From positions 20,513,477-20,577,476 of the forward strand of contig NC_068985.1 in the NCBI RefSeq assembly GCF_001194135.2: a stretch of DNA of 64,000 bases, read 5' to 3'. The stretch comes from Octopus bimaculoides. Its lineage: Eukaryota. Every line of letters begins with the position of its first letter. The stretch's first letter is position 1. Of this stretch, positions 52,920-64,000 are shown one piece after another. The notes below the pieces were generated by a model. The model had not been told where the DNA came from, made no database searches, and saw only the letters and a program-made list of their open reading frames with translations. The translations under genes were made by a program, and so were the position numbers.

Positions 52920-52996
52920 GCCACCACCACCACCACCACCACCATCACCATCACCACCACCACCATCACCATCACCACCATCATCATCATCATCAT
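52920..52996. repeat. (CAC)n/(CAT)n microsatellite
   Basis: Directly visible; explains the poly-Pro/Gly ORFs. Confidence 0.9.
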
Positions 52997-53527
52997 TTTT
53001 CATCCTCGTTTTCACTGTAATCGTATCTGATTTTTCTGTGCTGGCACAAGTAGAACAGCTTTACACAATTATATATTTCCATATATTTCAAACTGCTAAG
53101 TGCTAGTAAAATACAGAAGCCAATATCTCTCATGTACATTTAGTTTGTTTTTTTTTGTTTTGTTTTTCTTTTCCACTCAAGTTGTTTTACAAGTCCCAAA
53201 ATCATTCATCATCATCCTGCTTTTTGTCTGTTCACAACAGCCCTTTGCTTTCATCATGCATCTTCAAGTAGAGTGTTATAAAAACCACTCAGAACTCTTA
53301 CATATTTAGTGATGTATTGAGTAATAGTTAAACCACACTTGTTAAATCCAATATTGTGCAATTTATTTTACTACTTCAGCACTCTAAGATGTCCTTTACA
53401 AGCTATTATGGTTAATACTTTAAAAATAAGTCCTGGTGTCAATTTATTCAGCTAAAACCCTTCAAGGTGATACTGCAGCATGGCTGAAACAAGTAAAAGG
53501 ATAAAAGAATAAATGATAATAATAATA

Positions 53528-54249
53528 CTGAAAACAGAGACAGAAGCACTCATGTGCAGCTCAGGAACAAGCATTAAGGACCAATTATATGAAGTGCAGA
53601 ATAGTCAACACTACCAATAGTGAATAATGCAGTGAGGGATGAAATGGTATGGCACATCATTAGTGAATGCCTGAAATTGGTACGCTAATGCAAAAGATGC
53701 CATGACAATGTGGTGAGAATGATCCATTGGGAGCTCTGTGGAAATCACAGCCTACAAAGAGCAAAGACGTGGTATGAGAAAACTACAGAAGGAGTCACCG
53801 AAATTGAGAATTGCAAAATCCTGTGGGATGCAATGATCCAGTGCAATCACCCAACCAAACATCTGAAACCAGACATTGTTGTGGTGAATAAAAAAGAAAG
53901 AACATGTATGTTAATCAATGCCCGGGTGACAACAGGATCAATGTGAAAGAAGAAAAAATAAAACAATTATGACGATTTGAAGTGGGAAATATAAAGGTTG
54001 TGGTCAATGAAAAGAGTAGACGTGATACCAACAGTAAATGGTATCAGCACCCAACTACCAACATGGCTGAAAAAGACCGGTGCAAGTGTGAAGGTAGAAC
54101 ACCTACAAAAATCAGCATTGCTTGAAACTGCAAGAATTCTTCACATGGTTCTTGAAGCATGACCAGTAAACAAGTGTCACCTTAGTCTGCTGGCTGTGGA
54201 CAGCTGATACGTTCCATCATACCCAGCAAAATAAGCTGTGAGTTTTCAC

Positions 54250-54293
<44 letters not shown>
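53528..54293 (+). mobile_element. R4/Dong-type non-LTR retrotransposon 3' end (zinc knuckle plus restriction-like endonuclease), 5'-truncated and decayed
   Basis: Frameshifted peptides LKTETEAL, HIISEC, VRMIHWELCG, KILWDAMIQC, KPDIVVVNKK, with a stop at 54160-54162, a short 3' UTR and a (TAA)n tail. Also preceded by a short (TAA)n at 53515-53526. Confidence 0.8.
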
Positions 54294-54378
54294 TCTTCTT
54301 CTTCTTCTTCTTCTTCTTCTTCTTCTTCTTCTTCTTCTTCTTCTTCTTCTTCTTCTTCTTCTTCTTCTTCTTCTTCTT

Positions 54379-54461
<83 letters not shown>
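54252..54461. repeat. Compound (TAA)n(TTC)n(TTA)n microsatellite
   Basis: Directly visible. Confidence 0.95.
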
Positions 54462-54462
<1 letters not shown>

Positions 54463-54807
54463 AGCTGAAGGAGTGGATAGAAAAGTTTGGCTTGCAAAGG
54501 CACGCAGAATACATACAACTAGCCTGCTTATGAGGAATGACAAAGACCTTTCATAAGTTCTTGGATGGTTGAGGTCACAGGTGACGTCTCACAAGATTCG
54601 TGGCAACTTCAGTAGTGTTGGTGACCACAAATGAAAGCTCCCAGTACTCTCTGTAAAGGGGTTGTCATTTGGGAGGGAATCAACCCATAGAGACATGCCA
54701 AAGCAAACAGGACAGCACAATGATGATGTAGTCCTTAAGCTCATCAGATCCTGTCAGACCATCAAACTTATGCCAGAATTGAAGATAGGCATTAAGAGAT
54801 ATTGTTG

Positions 54808-54825
54808 TTGATGATGACGATGACA

Positions 54826-54903
<78 letters not shown>

Positions 54904-54918
54904 GCGACGATGGTGATG
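54808..54918. repeat. (GAT)n microsatellite
   Basis: Directly visible. Confidence 0.95.
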
Positions 54919-57900
54919 ACATATTTGAGACAAATAATATTAACGTGTTCAAACGTTCTAAGCTACGTTAGCATATGTTGAATAGTTTCTCACCTGTATG
55001 TACTGAATGATTTAGAAGTCAATGTTTTACTGTTGGATGCATTTTTGTAATATGAATCAATCAACTGTGAAATGGAATTGATACCAAACCTACACACTAT
55101 GTTTCAGTTAGTAGTCAAGCTATCTCACAGCATGAAGACTTATTCATGAGAAACAAAATATTCAGTCAGTCAAGGAACTGAAATTTGATGGTTACATATC
55201 TAGCTGGTTAGCACATGCCTGAGAGGAAGCATTCAGTGGAATCCTGCTAGGTGAAAGCATTAATGAATTAAACTAATTCAGAAAATATCATGTATTTTGC
55301 ATTTAAACAGAAAATATAATCTACTTGCCTCAATCAATCAATGCTCAGAAATAGAAACAAGTTTCACTGAATCATTTAAGAGAACAGAATTGTATGCCTG
55401 GATCTGCAGCCTTACTGGTTGTGTACAAAAATGATACCAAATGATGCAGTTGATGTCCTATCAGTATTCACTTAGATATTTTGTTATCCAATTGATCTTA
55501 CTGTGAAGAAAAATGATTTAATTTTGTTTTTTTTAAATAACATTGATATTTTGGTGTAGTTTGTGGTCTATCATGTGTTTTTTTTTTAGCTCTTCTCAGT
55601 GTCAAGTAGGTTGTGTGTTTTGAAAATAACCACACTAAGATTTGTCTGAGTTTTCAAATGTTTTATCTTTGTCTTGCTAAGTTTATAGAGGTACCTTCAA
55701 TAAATTAATATTGTGAAAGTGGTACAGAGCATATAAATAACTGCGTAAATAGTCATTGGTTGACACAACCAGTTAAGTTCTGTGAATAGGCAAGAAAGAT
55801 GAGAGATTACCACAGGAAAAAAATGACCAGCCTGTACAAATCATGAAATAGCTCACTTTAATTTGAATTAGCTTGCCATTAAATAACTGTTAGCCCAGAA
55901 GATTCTAGAGTCTATGTGGCAGGAAAACTTGCATGCTTCCTCTGAAGTTACTGCTTCAGCCATAAATAAGTCAACCAGTGTTGATTGATTCATGTAGGTG
56001 TCAATATATTTTATAGCAATTTTTTTCCTTTTATGGAAATATATTAGAACATGATTTTAGACTGAGACAGTCTAAGAACTTATGGTTCAAATCTCAGCTG
56101 TATATTTAAAATTTCTAATTTTGAAAGAGCCTATATTAAAATATCCATCAATCATGACCTTGAAATATATCCCTGTTTTAGATGTACTCTGTCCTTGCAA
56201 GTTGTAACAGATGACTAAAGAAACTCTGTGTTAGAAAGAATGCATTGCTTCTGGAAATCTGTTAAACCTATGCTAGTAGAGTAAAGTGGATAGAAAATGA
56301 TATAAAACATATTTTCTAAACAAGAATTTCTATTACAGAGAAGACACAATGTTATATTAGCAGTCAAGAAGAGATAGAGTTTCCTTTAAATCAATGTTAG
56401 ATGAGATAGATTATATGGCAAAAAATTGTATAAATATTTATTCTATAATTTCATGTACAAATATTTCTGTTTGAAAAAATAATTTTTTTGTTTGTTGAAA
56501 TACAATGAATCCTGTAGGAAATAATAGAATTAATTTATCAGCTATTGATTTGAGAGTTAAGATCAATATTTGAGAATTCTTTAGAGATTTCCATTTTATT
56601 GACTTAGTCTTATGTTTTAAGGAGTTTTTAAACTATATTAATAAACACTAAACTTTAAGTTGTTATCACAGAAAGCAATCAATGTTTATCTCAGTGATTC
56701 AATCATTGAAGCTAGATGGTAATTAGTTTTGTCATCTTGTTCTTTAAAACGATATCTAGTGTTTTCTAAAATATGTAAACATTATTTTTCTTAGCAAAAC
56801 TTTTGAGGTAAATTATTGTCAGAGTCAAGGTAAATGTTTTCCAAATGCTATCTTTCGTTTGTATGTGATTTAATAAAACTCAACATGTTTTGATAGTTTA
56901 ATCTCTACTTGTTATCAGGTGGTGTGTTGTAACATTTATGTGCTTGAGCTGGTTCTAAACTTATGAACAATCTTTTTTTATTTTGTCTTATGGGATTTTA
57001 ATATAGAGCAATTAACCAAATTCATATATTTTATATATCTTCATAATTAGCGATTTGCTTTAATGATAACAAAATTCATTATCTGAGATCAAGGTGATAA
57101 GTAAATAAGACGTTTTGTGGGAATTTAGAGGTGACCTTGTGATTAGTTCTTTGAATTTTAATACATTAAAATGTACCAATTGCATTGGTTTCTTACTTAA
57201 ATCCAAGTCCATAAAGAACAAACAAAAGAAGAGATTATATGGCATTTATACCTTTCTCGAATGTATTAGTAGTTTAAGTGAAGGGAAGTGGCTTCAATTG
57301 ACAAAACCTAATTACATTATTTTGTTCCCTGGGAATGCACTTCCTACCTGTATTCATCAAAATACTCAATGCTATCAATAACATTTTTTTTACTGTCTTT
57401 CACACTTTAACATACATTAATATTTTTCTTTCAGATTAATCTTTCTTTATTCTCACTAAATGTTACTTTACATTTAAATACCTTCTAGAATGTGCTATAC
57501 ATTTGTATAGTGCACCTTATAATTAAGTAGAAATCTATAATACATCACTTCAAGGTATCCATGAGTAACGAAATTTCCTTTGTTATAAACAAGTGTAGTA
57601 ATAGAGACTATTCATGAGAAACTTTTTATTACTCATTTTCTTAGAGCACTTTTCTTTACATAGAATCTAATTTATAATGACTCTGTTAGCAATTTATTGA
57701 TCCCAACTAGATGTATTTTAATTATCATCTCTTAATCCACTATTCAGATATCTATTATGATTGGTAATAATTAGTGGAATCCATTTCACTAGTCTTGCTT
57801 TTAAACATTCTCAAATGTAACTAACTTATTTTATTCATTTCATTATGGTAACTGTTTTAGCAAAGCTAATTGCATTAATGCTGTAGTGTGAACAATAGCT

Positions 57901-60539
57901 GCAACATTAACTCAGTGATACAGTTTGTAATTTTAAGTTGTTACCTGTAGGCTATTCACTTCTGGGAGTAAGCAGTAACATTGCAGACTGTACATTTGAT
58001 ATGGAAATGAATAACCTTTTGAAGGCACAAAAAAATTCCTCATTTTGCTTAGATTGTTATCTTTGTTTTCATTCTTAAAATAATACCAAGCACATACTGC
58101 AAAAAGTGTTACAAAAGCTGACCATATCAAGTCACTTCTTATACTATATCAGGAACTTCATTAAACATTATTTTGTACTATTTGTAGTCATTTTAAGATC
58201 TGGCAGTCGATAATGGTTACACTATATTTTGCAGATATAATTTAATAAGACCAAAACATGTTTGGACTTGTCACTGTGTTATTCAAGATTAAACCTATTA
58301 TCCACTACATTCAAACTTTAATTAATTTAAACTTTGTGGTTATCTCACCCTGCTTTTCTTGACCAGAATTAATTAATCATTAAGGTAATGATTTCACCCA
58401 CTTCTTACAAAGTGCATTAATTTAATTAATTAAATTTCTTAGCTCGCTACATTAATAATATTAGCACCAACTTATTATTAGTGTAGGAAGTAGTTTGTCA
58501 ATGTGGAGAACATTGAATAGAGGTACCCAGAAAAATATCTCAGCCATTTTCGAGGTCAGTATATCATTTTCTTTGTCTTGACATCTTGAATCCAGAAAAG
58601 TTGGGAGGAAGAACCAGTGAGGCTTGCAATAAGGCCGAAAATCCAGTTGAAAAAAGTTGTACCTCGATGCTATTGACACAACCTAAACCCACCCAAAATC
58701 ACTCACCCAAACTCGGACCAGAGAGTTTAGCAACACACCATCATAAGCACACTCAATCAATAACTTTAGTGTGACTCCTGTATTGTTTTTCAAGGTGTTA
58801 TGACTCATTTAATAATATTCCTCTTTACCACCATAACGATAATGAGTTATTATCTAACTATCTTGTCTTACTGACCATCTTAAAGATACTTACCTTGGTA
58901 TCTTAAAATACAGACAATACCTGTGGAGGGTTTCTGTATGTTTTTTCTAGGTATTATGGCTAAAATATGCAATGTGATACACCATTTCATTGTGCCAGTA
59001 TATTCTACAAAATGAGAAATATGCAATCATTGTTTCATCTTTCAGATGCATACATAAATAAATAATTTTTCATAGGTGGAATGATTAGAAGAGGTCTTCA
59101 CGGTCAAGTCAAGACCAAAACCAGCTTCCTAATTTTATTCCTTGCCAAGATATCGTATTCTGAAAATCAAAAAACTTTGACTGCATTTCTCTTGGTTTTT
59201 AAGTTGTGGCACTTACAACAGTCTGTTACTAAATGCCTCATTTGTAATTGTTAAAAATATCATGTAAAAACTTTTTGAATATCTTCCAGTTGACATGTCC
59301 TTTGGAAAAATAAAACAAAAGAAAGAAAAAGCCTGATTTGAATTATGCTTCAAACAACATCAATGAAACATTAGCAGCATTGTATAATTTATCACTGTAG
59401 GGAAAATTATACTTAAACAATATGCCAACAGTACTTGCCATGTGTGATAATGTAGCAACTTTTTTGTTGCTACTCATAAAAAAACAACTGCTTTTATTTT
59501 CAAGATAGAATCACTACATCATAAGATTGATTATATCATATTTAGCATCTTCTGCCAGCATAAGCATCACAGATCACAGGGCTCTTTCATTTAAAGAACA
59601 TTTGAAATACTAAATATTGGGAATGGATTTTTCACCAACATATGACAGCAGTGATAGTAATCATTATAATGATTTTTTCCTTATGCTTAATAATGATGTT
59701 TCTATCGTATGTGTTAGTTCACCTTTAATTATTTGATAAATTATTTTCATATCATTTGCATTTTTGCCTTAATTAAAGAACAAAAGTAGTCTGATTTTAA
59801 ACTTACTAATGGAGTAAAATATACATCACTGAGAATATCTAATAAGAATGAAACATATCCTTTGATTCTATCAGTTGGCTTTAAGAACAAGATTCACTCC
59901 CATCAGTATCATCTTCATTTAAAGCATCTCAAGAAGTTTCTGTTTACAGGCAGTATCGGTGATCTCAGCTGAAGTTTTACAGCTCACTATAATACATGTG
60001 CAAGAGCCTTCAGTGTCTGATTTAAGCCTCAAACTCTGCATGTTCATTTGGTCAATAAGAACAGAGAGGAAAATGACCTTTCTTGCATACAGCTTTTATT
60101 TTAATATTGAAGCAGTTTAAAGAAATGGCATTGATTTTATATAAAATTATTGCAGTAGTCATAAAGATTTCAAAATGCTTTCTCTATCCTTTGAATTTTT
60201 ACATTCCAGTAGAGAAGAGGAAAGGGAATAAATTAGAATATTGACCAACAATAGTTGTTAGTGAAGAAAATGATGTCATGAAATAATTAACAGAACAAAA
60301 AAAGACATTTATCTTAATTACCTTTTATTACAACCAATAAATAATCTTAAGTGAAACAAATCACTTCCTACAAGAGTGACACTATCCAGCTCTCTCTAAA
60401 GAAACATTTGATAATAATGATACTAAATTATTCAGTAAAATAATTTGGGTATTTAAGCCACAATATCGTGCTTATATGTCTGCCAGCAAATGTATTTCAT
60501 GTTCAACGTTGATGGATTTCATCAGTTTCAGTACTCTTT

Positions 60540-60755
60540 TACTCTTTTACTTGTTTCAGTTATTTTGACTGTGGCCATGCTGGAGCACCGACTTTAGTCA
60601 AGCAAATCGACCCCAGGACTTATTCTTTGTAAGCCTAGTACTTATTCTATCGGTCTCTTTTGCTGAACTACTAAGTTACGGGGACGTAAACACACCAGCA
60701 TCAGTTGTCAAGCGATGTTGGGACACACATACACACAAACATATACACACACATG

Positions 60756-60798
<43 letters not shown>

Positions 60799-60978
60799 AT
60801 GATGATGATATATATATATATATATATATATATACGATGGGTTTCTTTCAGTTTCCATCTATCAAATCCACTTTGGTCAGCCCGAGGCTATAGTAGAAGA
60901 CACTTGCCCAAGGTGCCACGCAGTGGGACTGAACCGAGAACCATGTGGTTGGTAAGCAAGCTACTTATCACACAGCCA
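60540..60978 (-). mobile_element. Family A SINE, young near full-length copy
   Basis: Reverse complement of 5683-6115 with many CpGs retained. The internal repeat carries (AT)n and (GAT)n. Confidence 0.85.
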
Positions 60979-61189
60979 CAGTACTGTTAATAATCTGAGT
61001 TCTTTCTGTAGTTTAATCTTCAAATCCTTTTCTAGCAACACTTAATATGCATTCTTATGCAGAGTTAATCCATTTTCTGTATGATGTATTTCATCATCAT
61101 TGAAATTGTATTCACTTGTCGAATTTAGAAGAAAAACCACCAGATTCCTATATAATGGTTATTCTCTGACCAGAGAATATACAATATAT

Positions 61190-61320
61190 TCATAGTTATA
61201 TCAAGTTATATCAATATATTCATAGTTATATCATAGTTATATCATAGTTATATCATAGTTATATCATAGTTATATCATAGTTATATCAAGTTCTATATAT
61301 ACGTCATAGTTATATCAAGC
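61190..61320. repeat. 11-bp minisatellite (CATAGTTATAT)n
   Basis: About 9-10 tandem copies, some degenerate, directly visible. Confidence 0.9.
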
Positions 61321-63608
61321 TGATAAAATCCAGTAACATTGAAATTGTTGTACTTTTATGATATTGAGTGCTTACTGTAGAGGTTTTCATCTGAAAATTG
61401 TTTTACACTGAATTTCTTATATGGAACTAATTCTGCTATTTGCTGTGTAGTGTATTATGTAAATACTTGTTTTATTCATTAGTTACAATGAACTTCTCAC
61501 TAAAATAGATTCCATCTGAAGGAGTCAAATAAATAGTCTTAATGCAAATTATTGTTAATTAACCCAACTTTCTAGCTTTTGTGGGTTTTTCCTTTACATA
61601 TATCTTCTTAGAATGTCGATTTTTTCTAAGCTTTTTTTTTATTAACTATTATTATCATGGCAATAACTAATGTTATTATATTTAAACCGTCTTTAAAACC
61701 AGGCTTTTCTTCTTTTTTTTTTGTTTTTGCATGGTCGCAGTCTAATGACTGAAACAAATAAAAGAATAAACTACATTTCCTACATATTATCGTTTACCCA
61801 GGTGCTAATCTTATAAAGATAATAATTAAGATATTTTTATTTGAGGTTAAATAACATTAAATTGGAGAGACTCAAAGTATGAACATTTTTCAGTCAATCA
61901 GTTCACCTTTAATATAATTAAAAGCACAGAATACAAAACACCTCCACATTAACTTTTGTACTATTTTCTTAGGCAATTTCTTTATTTATCAGTGATAGAA
62001 TTTGCTTTTAGGGTAATTTCTCTATTTATCTGACTGAATTTGCTTCAGGAAAATTTACATTTCTCTTTTTTAAATCATGTTCATGTTTTGTCTGGAGGTG
62101 TTTTTACATTCATAAGTTTTATAATGAAGTCTTTGGTTGCTTTTCTGCTTCTGTCACTTCAAGTATGTTTGTGCATTGTAAACTAAAATAAATATTTAAA
62201 ATTTAATTTCTTATTAGTAACTCAAGTTTCTCTCATGCACTTTTCTTTCTTACAAATCATTGAAAAAAGAATGTACTAAAAAAGTATCGTTGTAAGATAA
62301 AATTATATCAATGTTCTTGTCTATTGATCGACACAACAACCCTGGAGTATATCAGTATCTTAACATGTAATTCATAATTTTGACAAAACAAGCTATCCTC
62401 TAAACTATGATAATAAATAAAAAAAGAATCATGGAGTCAACAAATTTTTAAAGTTTATGAGGTGTCAAATACAGAAATCAACGAGGATATTTCCCAAGAT
62501 ATTGTTGTCATAGATATATTGCAAAACTGCCAGATTAAAATTTAAAAACAAGTAAGCCATTTTGCGATATTTCAATATGAAGTTGAAATGTTGGGAAATA
62601 TTTTATGATTTCAAACGAATATTCAGTAGTTAACCTTTTTGTTACCAACTCATCTCTGACTGGCCTTGGTTCTATGATATAAACTTTCTATTTTAAAGTG
62701 GTCTAAATTAAAACCTTTTTATCAATATTTCATGTTAATTTATGTTCCAAACACTAGCTTAAGTGACAAAGCTATTTTACTACAGTCTTCATTATTTTCA
62801 AAATTAATTTATACAAAAGGAATATATTTCATAAGAAACATGGTAGCAAAATGGACTATATTACATTTCCACCTAACTTGGGAGCTGTGATTTTATATTG
62901 CTTCACTTGTTCTTCCTCATCAAGCATCATTGCTGTGTTAAGAGTTTACAAAGTTCTAGTAAGATCTACATTGAATTGATGTTCACATGTTCACTACTAC
63001 ACAGACCAATATCCTGCAAATCATTCAAAAGATAATTGTCTGATTGATCAACAAACAACCACTAACTCACAGATTTGTTATTTTACCTCTCTGTCTTTTC
63101 TATCATTGCTACAATGGTCTCTGTCTCAGACCCTCTTAATTCAAAACTGTCAAATACATCTGTTTCTTCTCTTATCATTCCTGAGTTGTAGACTTAGTCT
63201 GTCATCCAAATTTAACACAACCACATTGCACTCACCTAAGGTACCTTAAGTGGAGTCTACTCTGTTGCAAATTTTCAAACAAGATTTCTGGTTTGAGTAT
63301 GCTTTCCTCTGTCCCTCTCTCTCTTTCTCCCTCCTGCTAGTCTCAGAGGTCCTTAAAGGGTCATGGGAATTGACCTCCTGACTAGAAGATGAAAAATAAA
63401 TCCTCGCATCATTCACTTCACAGATTATGCATTTAGCACCTTCCTAGACATTACTCTCCAGAACAAGCCCCTTCTAGAATTCCCTACCATTTCCCATTTT
63501 ACTTCAGATATCAGATTGCAGATGTCTTATTCTGAACCTTAGCAGCATTGATCATTAATCTCACTAGTCTTGGAGAGCCAATAGAGTTCATAGACACTTC
63601 TTCATCTG

Positions 63609-63641
<33 letters not shown>

Positions 63642-64000
63642 AAGATAGAAAGAAAAGTCCATTTTCCTCATACTAATTAATTCATTTCCATTTTCTAATA
63701 CTGGCTTGTGATGGATATCTCTGTAGAATACTAATATTCAAAACGCTGTAATGTCTATGTTATTTTGGCAGTGTTTTGCAGACAGGTATGCACTAATAAG
63801 AAAAAAATGTGTGTGGACATGTGTGTTTATGAATGTGTATATATTCAGATTATGAGAGTCAATATGTTTATGCCTATGTATATGCATGCATATTTACATC
63901 AATCTATGTGAATGTGTTTATCTTACATCAGTGTATGTTTGTATGAAAAAGTGTATGAAGTTATACATTAGGGATAAACATCATTTGCAATGGTATATTA

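Noticed and set aside
63727-63785. Possible phase-0/2 exon ending CAG|GTATGC
   Set aside because: Modest acceptor, hydrophobic uninformative peptide and no in-frame upstream partner identified.

Overview
Eukaryotic, very AT-rich genomic DNA with four N gaps, dense microsatellites and several tRNA-derived or RTE-tailed SINE families. The repeat repertoire points to an Octopus-type cephalopod genome (inference from recalled SINE sequences, no search run). Most ORFs in the supplied track are microsatellite or transposon artefacts. The window lies inside one large plus-strand gene. Three spliceable exons (6826-6906, 8454-8627, 10139-10290) encode the C-terminal part of an F-BAR domain and an FX-like coiled coil. 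They are followed by widely spaced short exons (36-66 nt, all multiples of 3) that are jointly open only in phase 2/2 and encode Ser/Arg/Pro-rich peptides, a candidate combinatorial cassette array. The introns also hold several minimal type I hammerhead-ribozyme motifs of the Penelope/retrozyme kind: one clean copy at 9822-9857, copies in the arms of two ~290-300 bp near-perfect foldbacks, and a CpG-decayed copy in a ~323 bp tandem unit. Other elements are a mariner deletion derivative, hAT and Tigger-like MITEs with intact TSDs, RTE fragments and an R4/Dong-type LINE end sitting in (TAA)n.
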